From: Somniosus microcephalus | Lineage: Eukaryota | Length of the DNA stretch: 64,000 nt | Reading direction: 5' to 3' | Assembly: GCA_052327205.1 (NCBI GenBank) | Contig: CM126204.1 | Span: 38,316,001-38,380,000, forward strand | Shown: one piece after another, positions 1 through 12,400 of the stretch | How the letters are laid out: each line of letters starts with the position of its first letter | Position numbering within the stretch: position 1 is the stretch's first letter | Made by a program: the position numbers and the translations under genes | The notes under the pieces: model-generated | Databases searched by the model: none | Told to the model about the DNA's origin: nothing | What the model saw: the letters and a program-made list of their open reading frames with translations, nothing else

Positions 1-330
1 TCTTTGCCCTCTAGGATGATCCTAGAATAATGGGCCATTTTGGCAGCGGAGAGCAAGGCCCAGTAGAGCTTGATATTGAGAAGTCAGATCTGGTGATGGA
101 TGGCTAAACCAGTTGTGCATCACATATGCTTAAGTTTGCACCCTTTTTGCACCCTTTGAGCTTCAAGAAGCCACGGTGGAGGCCATGCAAGGAGGAACAA
201 CCAGGACAGGAGACAAATTATATTAGGATATAAACATTTGCATCTTGAAAGACAAAGGGTTGATTATTGAAAGTTGGTAACCCACTAAGTTTCAGATTCA
301 ACAATGCAGAACAAATCAGTCACCGCTTAC

Positions 331-495
331 CTGGAGAAGGCAGGTCACATGCTCCTCCTCCAGCCTCTGCTTGGTTAGGGCTTGTTCCACATCCCAACCT
401 GATGCAGTAGAACCTGTTCCAAAGCCTGTACCTTTGGCCCAATATAACTGCTGGTCTTCAGTAGAAGAGTTTGTGTGCGTGTTGGAAGCTTGTGG
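331..495 (-). CDS. BIRC6: BIRC6 exon AG, PQASNTHTNS...VTCLLQ
   Basis: CAG acceptor, CAG|GTAAGC donor, 165 nt, phase 0-0. Confidence 0.96.
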
Positions 496-3400
496 CTGTG
501 AAAAAAATGGAAACATTTATATGCCAGTCGCTAACTAAAGACGCATCTGCAGTCTACACAGACACAAAATTGTATGCATGAACATACATATGCTTATAAA
601 TCAGCTCAAGATTTATTCAGGGTATGCACGTGGCAGACACGCCACCAATCCTGATTAACACTCCTTTCTTCCCCTCACTCAATAGGAATTTATTTTCTAT
701 AGGAAGCCCTGGTGCTAGTGTCAACTGGATCCAAACTTGTACAGCCTACTCAGGAGACCAGTACTTTAATGTTGCTGCCTAAACGTTTACTTTAAATGTA
801 AACCATCAAAATTCCTATTTATTTTCACTTCCTACAGGGTTAAGTAAATCCACAATCTATGTTAATCTATGTATAAAACTTCATTAGCTAGGCAAAAACC
901 AATACATGCACAATATCAAGGTGTAACATGAAGGCAGAATGTAGTGAGTCATCAACCCAACAGTCACTGCACTTCATAGAATCATGGAATGGTTACAGCA
1001 CGAAGGAGGCCATTCAGCCCGTGCCGGCTCTCTGCAAAAGCACTTCAGCTGGTCCCACTCCCCAGAGCCCTGCAAATTTATTTCCTTCAGATACTTATCC
1101 AATTCCCTTTTGAAAGCCGTGATTAAATCTGCCTCCACCATCCTTTCAGGCAGTGCATTCCAGATCTTAACCACTCGCTGCGTAAAAAAGTTTTTTCTTA
1201 CATCGCCTTTGGTTCTTTTGCCAATCACCTTAAATCTGCGTCCTCTGGTTCTCGACCCTTCGGCCAATGGGAAGTTTCCCTCTATCTACTCTGTCCAGAC
1301 CCTTCACGATTTTGAACACCTCTATCAAATCTCCTCTCAATCTTCTCTGCTCTAAGGAGAACAACCCCAGCTTCTCCAGTCTCTCCACGTAACTGAAGTA
1401 ACAACAGAAAATGCTGGAAACACTCAGCAGGTCAGGCAGCATCGTGAAGAGAGAAACAGACGTTTCAGGTCGCTGACCCTTCCTCAGGACTGGAAAAAGT
1501 TGGAGAAATAACATTTTTAAGCAGGTGTGGGGCAGGGAAAGGGAGGAGGGGAGGAAAGAACAACGGGAAGGTCTGTGATAGGGTGGAAGGCAGGAGAGAT
1601 TAAAAGACAAAAGGGATGATGGTACAAGGCAAAAGGAGGAGATGATAATGGGACAAGTTAAGAAACAAAAGATGACTCTAGATGAGGTGTAAATGGCAAT
1701 TGTAAATGTAACTGAAGTCCCTCATTCCTGGAATCATTCTCGTAAATCTTTTCTGCACCCTCTCCAAGGCCTTCACATCCTTCCTAAAGCGCGGTGCCCA
1801 GAATTGGACACAGTACTCCAGTTGGGGCCGAACCAGTGTTTTATACAGGTTCATAATGATTTCCACACTTTTGTACTCTATACCTCTATTCATGAAGCCC
1901 AGGATCCCGTAAGCCTTTTTAACTGCTTTCTCAACCAGCCCTGCCACCTTCAACAATTTGTGCACACATACCCCCAGGTGTCTCTGTTCGTGCTCCCCTT
2001 CAGGATTGTACCATTTAGTTTACATGTCCTCTCCTCATTCTTTCTACCAAAATGTATCACTTCACACTTTTCTGCGTTAAATTTCATCTGCCACGTGTCC
2101 GCCCATTTCACCAGCCTCTATGTCTTCCTGAAGTCTAACACTCTCCTCCTCACTGTTCACTATACTTCCAAGTTTTGTTTCAACTGCAAATTTTGAAATT
2201 GTGCCCTGTACACCTACGTCCAAGTTATTAATATATACATCAAGAAAAGCATTGTTCCAGAACCGACCCCTGGAGACCACCACTGTACACCTTCCTCCAG
2301 TCCAAAAAACAACTTCACCACTACTCTCTGTTTCCCATCACTTAGCCAATTCCGTATACATGCTGCCACTGTCCCTTTTATTCCATGGGCTTCAACTTTG
2401 CTGGCAAGCCTCATCAAATGCCTTTTGGAAATCCATGTAAACTACGTCAACTGCATTACCCTAATCAACCCTTTCTGCTACCTCATTAAAGAACTCAATC
2501 AAGTTAAACACGATTTGCCTTTAACAAATCCGTGCTGGCTTTCCTTAATGAATCCACACTTGTCCAAGTGACTGTTAATTTTGTCCCTGATTAAGTGCTT
2601 CTCCACTACTGAGGTGAAACACTCTGGCCTGTAGTTGCTGGGTTTATCTTTACACCCTTTTTACTCTGGCACCACCCCCGTATCCAAGGATTGGATTATT
2701 ATGGCCAGTACCTCTGCGATTTCCTCCCTCAACATCCTCATTCATTTGTCTGAAGCCTCTTGAGACATTCTGATGCAATAAGGGGCTATAGAAATGCAAG
2801 TATTTACAATGACAGTTCCAAAAATTGGGAATTCCTACCACAGTTCTTAAAGGCTGTGGTAAACCACTGTTTGTATTCCACTGTGTATATGCCTGGACAT
2901 GCCTCGGCTGACTCCTCCCACAAGTCCTAGTATAAAGGTGACTGCTCCCCAGCCCTTTGTATTTCTGGACCGGTCGACCACTCGAGGCAGACCTTCATTC
3001 TTTTGTTAATAAAAGCCTTTAGTTACTCTCTTAACTCTCAGTCTTTTATGAGTAATTGATAGCGCATCAAAGGCTCAGGATTAACACGGTCATATCAAAC
3101 CTCTTGAAATTGTAACTAAATATAATTTCCAGATAAACAATCATGTCCTTTGCCAACACAAGTACAAAATAAAAACTGAACCAATGCATGATTTGGCTCC
3201 TATAGTCTACAACTGAAAACCTATTTTGTGGGTTTTGAAGTGTTAGAATCCTGAGATATGGTATGTTGAGTATGTTTGTTTCTACCACCTTAAACCATGG
3301 CAAAATTAGAAACAAAGTGTTTGTTAGCCAAGAAACACAGCTACATTCAGCCCACTGCACCAACTACAGGAAACTTTGTGATATCCGGCACCGATGGGAC

Positions 3401-6400
3401 CGGCGTGTTGCCGATCTATCAAAACTGCCGGACATACAAAGTTAATGTTGAAGCATACGGAGGTTTTCATCTCCGTATCCGACAACAAACACTGTTGCTT
3501 ATCTAAAGAGTCGGCGGTAGCTGCAAGCGTCTCTAGCTGAAGCTGTTGCTATAGCTACAGACCTTGCAGTGCCTGACTGGGAAAAAAAGAGAACTAAAAA
3601 AAAAAACTTAGAAAACGGCTCCTGATTTTTGCTGTTAGATCGAGTATTCCGGACATACAACCTCCGGATAAACCAAAGTTACCTGTACCATCAACAGGTT
3701 TAAGGGCTGCATCAGTAATGTGGCTCCTGCCTGCTCACATAAAATTACCCCAAAAATTCTAAAAGAATTACAGATAAATCAACATGAAGTAGTGCGAAGT
3801 TTGAGATTTTTAACACAGACCCCTCTAACTGCAGCAGGGGCAGGAGTAGGAGTGCTTTGATTATGCAGTATGTGGACGTTTCTTTTGGCCCAATATCTTT
3901 TTCTCATTCTTGTCTGGACCACAAATTAGTCAGTTGTTACTGCCAAAATGAAGTTGTATTCAAATATGGCAAAAACATGCCATACAGCTGACTTGAGAGA
4001 ACACCCATAATAACATAAAAGGTTTAGAAAAGTTACATAACAAAATGCACAATCATTTGGAGTGAATAATAAAAATCCAAAACACTTATCCAACAAACTG
4101 CAGGTATATGATTAGTAATTATGAACTAAAGAACAAAATTTAAGCAGACGCTGTTCAATCGTGACATAAACCCTTCACACACTTCAAATAGTTTTTTAAA
4201 ATCACTTTATTCAGTGAGGAGCTATCCCTTCATATTAGGTCAGTTGAACTGATGTAGTTAAATTCTGGATTTGATATATAACCTTTGGCTGAGCTCACCT
4301 CTGTCTGGTTGACGCTTGCACTGGGCACTCTTGGGGTATGGTGGCTTAGTGCAGAGAGGCAAGCCAGGATAAGATGAATTGCTCCAATCTCCAAAGCCAT
4401 CCGCCTCAGGAGAACTCCATCATCAGTAGTCAATGGTGTGGTATTGAATAAAGTGCGCAAAACATGGAATGGAAGCGTAGGAAGAACATTTGCTGATGGG
4501 GACTGTAGGATGTGACCTGAAAATATAGAGAAAATGAAAATGATTTAAAACTGTTATACTGACTCGACGTCCAACAAAAAAACTATTTCAATGAAAATTC
4601 CTTTTCAGGAACCGGAGTTTCTATTATGCAATTTGTTATCAACATTCATACATTTGGGACACAAGAACACTATACCGCTGAGTTTAATTTACTCATAAAA
4701 GCTGTTCAAAGACAAATCTGTTTTCATAAAGACACTTGGGGATTCTGCCGATTACAACATGCAATTCTCTAAAAGTACCAGTGACTGCATGTATTGGGAA
4801 TCTGCATGCCATTAGCATTCTAAGAGTGAATTAAGAGCAACAATCATATTCAGTGTGCAGAAAAATGCATGTGGATCTCAAGTTATACTTACTGCCTTCA
4901 CCATCATCAGTTACTCCTAGCACCAATCTAAGCAAGCACTGAGCATGTTTCCTTTCTTTGAGGAGGACTTCTGCATATCCTGGTAAACGGAGGAAGAGTC
5001 CAAAGGCTGCGAGAGAATGTGCTGGGATGGGAGACATGGCAGGAACGGTTGATTTGATTGGTGGTGGCTCTGCCGTTATGGTTTCCGGTGCCTCGTAGAC
5101 TAATTCACCAGACTGTTCTATGGTAACCCATTCAAACTGTTCATTGTCCTTCGGCTTTTCTTGCGAAGTGGAGGTTACCACTGGAGCACTCACCTAAATG
5201 CACAAACAGAAGAGGTTACATCTTAACTTCACAAATATGCATCTGTTGAATTGTAGGCTCTTACAGAATCCCCAGTTTTAAGGTTCTGGGTCAGTAAAGA
5301 TCCAACAAACTGGGCTCCAGCTCATGAGTGACCCATCAGCTAGTTAAGTCCACTCTGTCCCTTTGCATTATTCATCTTAAATTTACCAGCAAATTGTTCA
5401 CACGATTGTGAAGATTCAGTTTGCTCCACTTCTAGATTCTACTAAATTGGCTAGCAGAACCAAATCACCAGCATTAACAGATTAAACATTTTCATTGAAA
5501 ACTAAGCCAGTCAGAAGTTATTTTATACAGAATCAGAACTACAGTTCCTTAGTTTGCAATGCACTTGAATAACAGTGGATGAGTCATTCTAGGTTCAGTC
5601 TAAGCAGTTGATGGCCCTAATTGTCCTCGAGTAAACCGGCAACAGTGAAGACAGAGGATGGGTGGTGGTGATTGTGGCGCACAGTCTGATTAGGAACTGA
5701 AAATATGGTACAACACTAAATTGTTAATATTTACAACAGTTTGCAGGTGGGCAAGGATAAAAGAATCGCCCTGTGAATGTCACCAACCTAAAGTTTTGGG
5801 GACGAGTAGGGGAAAAAATGTAAAAGTCTGTTGCCACGAGGATCAGTGTCGTTAATATAAAAGGTTTGAAATGAAATGGTACCAGTAAAAGCCACTTCGG
5901 TATAGGCAGTGCATTATTGCTACTGTGACAGAAAAATTCTCAAAGCAGCATGCTGTTTTTGTGGGGTGGGGAAGAGAGAAGGCCCAATAAAATCTAAAGT
6001 AAGGAACATGAAATGAATGATGCAGTAATTAGGTGAAGCGAGGCTTGGGTTTAAAAGCCTGTAGATGGTAGGGAGGGGGAAAAAAAAAACTGATGGCGGT
6101 GAATAGTTTCACAATCTGTTGGATCAGGTATCGAACAAGATTTTAAAAAACAGACCTACAGGGGACCATTAAAATGGTTTCCTCCGCTGTAGGTAAATCA
6201 TACAATTCACAGCACAGCTTTAACAGTTTTAGCATTTTGCAAAATATATGGATGATTGGAGGAACTAATTTAAATGAAGGGGTTCATGAGACACGACGGG
6301 CTCGGGCAGCAAAGCTTCATTAGTTTGCAGATGCCATCTGGATCCAATTAAAATTACTTCACTTAAGATTTTGAGATCATTGCTGACAAATGTAATACTG

Positions 6401-9400
6401 AAATTACATTCACTGAAGACCATCTACAAGGCCACAGAAAAGTCACATGATTCCAGAAGGGCTCAAGTATATAATTCTATATTAACGCCTTCTGCGAACC
6501 TGTCCGGGAATCTCACACAGCCTCAATGTTTGTTCTATTTCAGTGCTACGAAGAGACCATAACTTTTAATATATAGAAAGAGCAAACAAAACAACTATAA
6601 TTTGATCTCTGATCCCATAATCTCTGTTCTGGTGGCATTTAATGTTTCCCCCTCCCTTTCTAGCACAGAATGTAGGCTTGAAGCAATACAAGCTAATAAA
6701 ATGTAGCCTACTTCTTCAGGAAAACTGAACAGAGGCAAACTGTTCCTAGGCTGGGTCAAAACCCGAGTCTGAAAATAGCATTACAATGACAAACTTTGCA
6801 CTAAAATATTTGGTTTGGTTTTCCTGTGTAGACAATATCCATTTGCATTTGAATCAATATACCTGTATTACATAAATTGCTAAAAGACTATTCCCCTAAG
6901 TTAGTGAAACTGTCCATTATATAATTTGCAAACACCCTTAGTTTTCCAAAATTTACTCCATATCTGTTCATTCAACGCAATCTCGATAGTTAAGAGTTTC
7001 ACCTTAAACGCTGCAAGAGCATTGCGGTTACACATTTGCTCATAAAAAGACAAATTGTCTGTGCATTTATCATCAGCATCTATAACTGCAGCTGAATGCC
7101 AGCAGTGAAAGAATTTTGCCTTTCCATCATTAACTTTGCTGCACAACCAAATTCAAATATTTAAATTATAGTGAATTCAGTCATATAATTGGCTTAATAA
7201 TTGTCACCATCAATCGGAGATTCAAACAGGCAAAGCTTCTTTTGTTCATTTCTCTAGGTTCAACTGGTATCCCTTCAAGATTCAAAATGGTCAGGCAATT
7301 ATGAACTGTATAAATTTTATTTGACTGGGTATATACATTTAAATCAAACATTCAGATGAATAGATTTTCAAAATCCTACTGTTGGTCACATTATTGTAGG
7401 ATTTAGCAGCTTTTACACCAGTATCAATGGGATGTCTTCGATATAGCATTCTCCATCATTTAGAAATTTCATCTTGTTTAATAGTTGATTGACCCATTTT
7501 CCATCCAAAGATTCCACTTAATGTTTCAAAAGTATTTATTTACTTTATGGCGATCCTATTATAATGACATTATTTGACTTGGGAACAACATTTTTATCAT
7601 TGTTGAAATACAATCGAATCTGGAAAATATTATACCTGCTTCACCAAGCAAAAAGCAAAACTGAATCAAACAGTAGTATACTGCAGTCAGGACAATACTG
7701 CTAAAGCTTTTTTGACCAGTGACAACATTCCGAGACAGACAGCAAAAGGTACTGAGCTTCATTACACGTTGGGCAAGTTTCAATATGGGAACACAGCTGC
7801 TAACCTAACCACTTCAGATCAACTTCAACTAGTAAACTGCACATAGCAATGATGGGCCAGGATAGAGCTGCTCCAAGCAAATTCCCACAAAAGGTTTCTT
7901 TCTACAAAATGGCTATTTTTGGAGTGCTGATCAGATGTTAACTGTTGGAACATGCTGCAACTTCAAGTGGAAATTTTCAACCATGCCAAATGCTGTACCC
8001 GATGTGCTGAACGTATACGTCAGACATTAACAATCTAGCAATGTGGCTCTCATCAGGGGCTCGTCGTTTTGGGGATCTGAACTCTTCTATTTGATATCCT
8101 CTTCTCAAGTTCCTGTTGTGCCATTCACCTCGTACACCACCCACCTCCCCAAGCTAAGAGGCAGGGCAGGCAACCTGCTCCCAGGCCTCTTTCAGGGCTG
8201 CTCAAACCAATTACGAGGAAGCAGGCATGAGGGCACATTTCCTCCCATTTCACTTCCCTTCCTCCGGAAGAGCACCAAACCATCGACCCTCAGCAGCACA
8301 GCAAACACCAAGAATTTATAGGTGCAAACCCGAGGCCCAACACTCTCTGGCATCATAACTAGAGCAATGTGCCAGGTCAGCATGTCATCCTCCAACTGGG
8401 GGGAAGTGGTGCAAGTTTCCACCAAGACGGAGAAAAGTTGTCCTGAGCTGCAGCTTCCAATCACATCTGGTGTTTCACTAGAACATGCTGAAACTTCCAA
8501 GTCAGGTGAGTGCGATGAACGACTGCAGAATATATCAGCAGAAATATCACTTACTTGCTGGATAACATCAGGATACAACATTGGCAGCCTTTCGGCTATG
8601 AGAGCTAGTCCACCCATGCCAGCAAACACTTGAAGTGGAGACTGGATAGGATTAGTTTCAAGCAAAGACTCATCCAGGGCACTATCTATGCAGTCATCAC
8701 TTGGTTGCAACACTTCATCTTCAGGACAACTGGCCAGCCCATCGCCAAGCTCTGCATGAAATAGTGGATATAAATTAGCCTCCCAAAAAATGAAAAATAT
8801 AAAGCAACAGGTATTGAATCGATCTATTAAGTGCTGGATAAGAGAAGTTTACAAACTTGCATTGCAAAGGTTATACAGGTCATATAACTGAGCAGATATT
8901 ACAGAAATACATTTAGAAGTCTGAAAATGTTGCAAAATAGTCTCAGAATTTTGATCAAGTCACCAACTACGGTTACATAACCTTGTAACCTGAAGTTTGA
9001 TTGGAAAGCTGTGTTTTGGACCTAGTTTTTATTATCCAGACAGTTCCGCAGTATAAATCAGGCAGACTCCATTCATTAGAAGATGCTAAATTTAAAACTC
9101 AAGATCAAATCAAAGCAATCCAAGTTCCAACTATTGAGATTTTAAAGCTACAAGTGAAATTTTACACATTTATTTGAGCTTGGATCAGCTAAACCTATTT
9201 CACATTTCTGCCGCGCAGGCCATTAATATTGTGCGCCACATACGCACAATTTTGGTTTAACACCGCCACCGTATTTGCTCAAAATGTGAAGAATTAGACT
9301 TAATGTTAGGAAATTGATCAAATTAACACATACAGGGTAAATGCACAACGAGCAAAAGCATAAAGTATCTTTTCATACCACCACCGATTTGCATTTATAC

Positions 9401-12400
9401 AGCACTTCAAAAGTAGGCGCAAGGAAACAGACGCCAAGCCAGGAAGAGGAGAGAATAGGAGGGGGTAATCACAATTGTTGGTCGAGGAGGCTCATTCTAA
9501 GAAGGTTTTTCAAAAAGGTGGGGACAGAGATGGAGAAGTTTAGGGGGGGTAATTCCAAAAAGCAGGCTAAAAGCTCTTCCACAGAGGGAATTGCACAAAA
9601 AGCCAGAGTCAGAGGAACTATTTTTGGGGTGGGGGTTAGGAGTTGCAATGCTGGAGAAGACTGCAGAAAATATGGATGGATTTATAGATGAAGATTTTAA
9701 ATTTAAGGTGTAGGCGGATGGGAAGCTACTATAGGTTAACAATGACGATGGCAACTGTTGAGCAGGATTTATAGCAGTACAGGATGGACTAACAGCCGAG
9801 AAAAAAAAACAGCAAAATAAAGAGCTGCAGAGATAGCCAGTCTGCTAATGGGACTCTGAGCTCCTCTTCATGCTGTACCAAACAGATGGCTGCAGTTTTC
9901 AGCCTCAAGTTCTTAAGATAGCTTTGCTGCAATCTTGGATCATATGAAGTTTATTTTTTGGAATGACTCCATTGGAGACTTCTTCAGCAGCCCTTGTTGT
10001 CGGATTAGCAGAAAACGTGGGGGAAACAGACAAGAGACAGGAGAGGACCGCAACAACCTCTGCTGTACTGTGTCTACATACTCATTATATCCTGAATATG
10101 GTCAGGAATGAGGAAATTATTTCATTGACAGACCCATCCTTCACATCCAAGGCACTGTCATCTCTGAAACTGAAGCTAGGTTGTTTGCACAACTTAAAAC
10201 ATAGAAACATAGAAGATAGGAGCCGGAGTAGGCCATTCGGCCCCTCGAGCCTGCTCCACCATTCAATGAGATCATGGCTGATCATCCAAATTCAGTACCC
10301 TGTCCCTGCCTTCTCCCCATATCCCTTGGTCCCTTTAGCCTTAAGAAATATATCCAACTCCTTCTTGAATATATTTAATGAATTGGCCTCAACTGCCTTC
10401 TGTGGTAGAGAATTTCACAGGTTCACCACTCTCTGGCTGAAGAAATTCCTCCTCATCTCTGTCCTAAATGGCTTACACCTTATCTTTAGACTGTGACCCC
10501 TGGTTCTGGACTCCCCGGCCATCGGAAACACCCTTCCTGCATCAGGTCTGTCTAGTCCTGTTAGAATTTTATAAGTTTCAATGAGATCCCCTCTCATTCT
10601 TCTAAACTCCAGCAAGTATAAGCCCAATCGACCCAATCGCTCCTCATATGTCATTCCTGCCATCCCAGGTATCAGCCTGGTGAATCTTCGCTGCACTCCC
10701 TCCATGGCAAGAACATCCTTCCTCAGATAAGGCGACCAAAACTGCACACAATACTCAAGGTGTGGTCTCACCAAGGCCCTGTACAACTGCAGCAAGACAT
10801 CCTTGTTCCTGTACTCAAACCCTCTCACTCCGAAAGGCCAACATACCATTTGCCTTCTTAACCGCCTGCTGCACCTGCATGCTTACCTTCAGCGACTGGT
10901 GCACAAGGACACCCAGGTCTCGTTGCACTTCCCCTTCTCCCAATCTATTGCCGTTCAGATAATAATCTGCCTTCCTGTTTTTGCCACCAAAGTGGATAAC
11001 CTCGCATTTATCCACATTATACTGCATCTGCCATGCTTCTGCCCAATCACCCAGCCTGTCCAAATCATACTGGAGTTTCTCGGCATACTCCTCACAGCAC
11101 ACACGCCCACCCAGCTTTGTGTCGTCTGCAAACCTGGAGATATTACATCTAGTTCCCTTGTCTAGATCATTAATATATATTGTGAATAGCTGGGGTCCTA
11201 GGACCGATCCCCGCGGTACCCCACGAGTCACTGCCTGCCACTCGGAAAAAGAGCCTTTTATTCCAACTCTTTGCTTCCTGTCTGCCAACCAGTTCTCTAT
11301 CCAAGTCAGTACCTTGCCCCCAATCCCATGTGCCTTAACTTTACACGCTAATCTCTTATACGGGACCTTATCAAAAGCCTTCTGAATGTCCAAATACACC
11401 ACATCCACTGGTTCACCCTTATCTATTCTACTAGTTACATCCTCAAAAAATTCCAGTAGATTAGTCAAGCACAATTTACCTTTTGTAAATCCATGTTTAC
11501 TTTGTCCCATCCTGTCACTGTTTTCCAAGTGCTCTGCTATTACATCTTCTATAATGGACTCTAGCATTTTCCCCACTACCGATGTCAGACTTACCGGTCT
11601 ATAATTCCCCGTTTTCTCTCTACCACGTTTTTTGAACAGTGGGGTAACATTAGCTACCCTCCAATCCATGGGAACTGTTCCAGAGTCTATAGAATTTTGA
11701 AAGATGACCAGCAATGCATCTACTATTTCTAGGGCCACTTCCTTAAGTACCTAGGATGTAGATTATCAGGCCCTGGGGATTTATAACCTTCAATCCCGTC
11801 AATTTCCCTAACACCATTTCCCTACAAATACTGATTTCATTCAGTTCCTCCCTCTCATTAGACCCTATGTTCCCCAGCATCTCTGGGAGGTTATTTGTGT
11901 CCTCCTTTGTGAAGACAGAACCAATGTATGTATTTATAATTGGTCTGCCATTCCTTTGTTCCCCATTATAAATTCCCCTGATTCTGACTGCAAGGGACCT
12001 ACGCTTGACTTCACCAATCTTTTTCTCTTCACATATCTATAAAAGCTTTTACAATCCGTTTTTATGTTCCCTGAAAGCTTACTCTCGTACTCTATTTTCC
12101 CCCTCTTAATTAAGCCCTTTGTCCTCCTTTGCTGAATCCTAAACTGCTCCCAATCCTCAGGTTTACTGCTTTTTCTGGCCAATTTATATGTCCTCTCCTT
12201 GGATCTTATGCTATCCTTAATTTCCCTCGTTAGCCACGGTTGAGTCACCTTTTTTGTTTTATTTTTATGCCGAACAGGGATGAACAAATTCTGTAGTTCA
12301 TCCATGTGATCTTTGAATGTTTGCCATTGCCTATCCACCGTCAACCCTTTGAGTAACATTCCCCAATCAATCCTACCCAACTCGCGCCTCATACCATCAT

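Noticed and set aside
6900-7150. Possible conserved non-coding element (also 26950-27400 and 32690-33020)
   Set aside because: Non-repetitive-looking intron sequence, but conservation cannot be judged without alignments.
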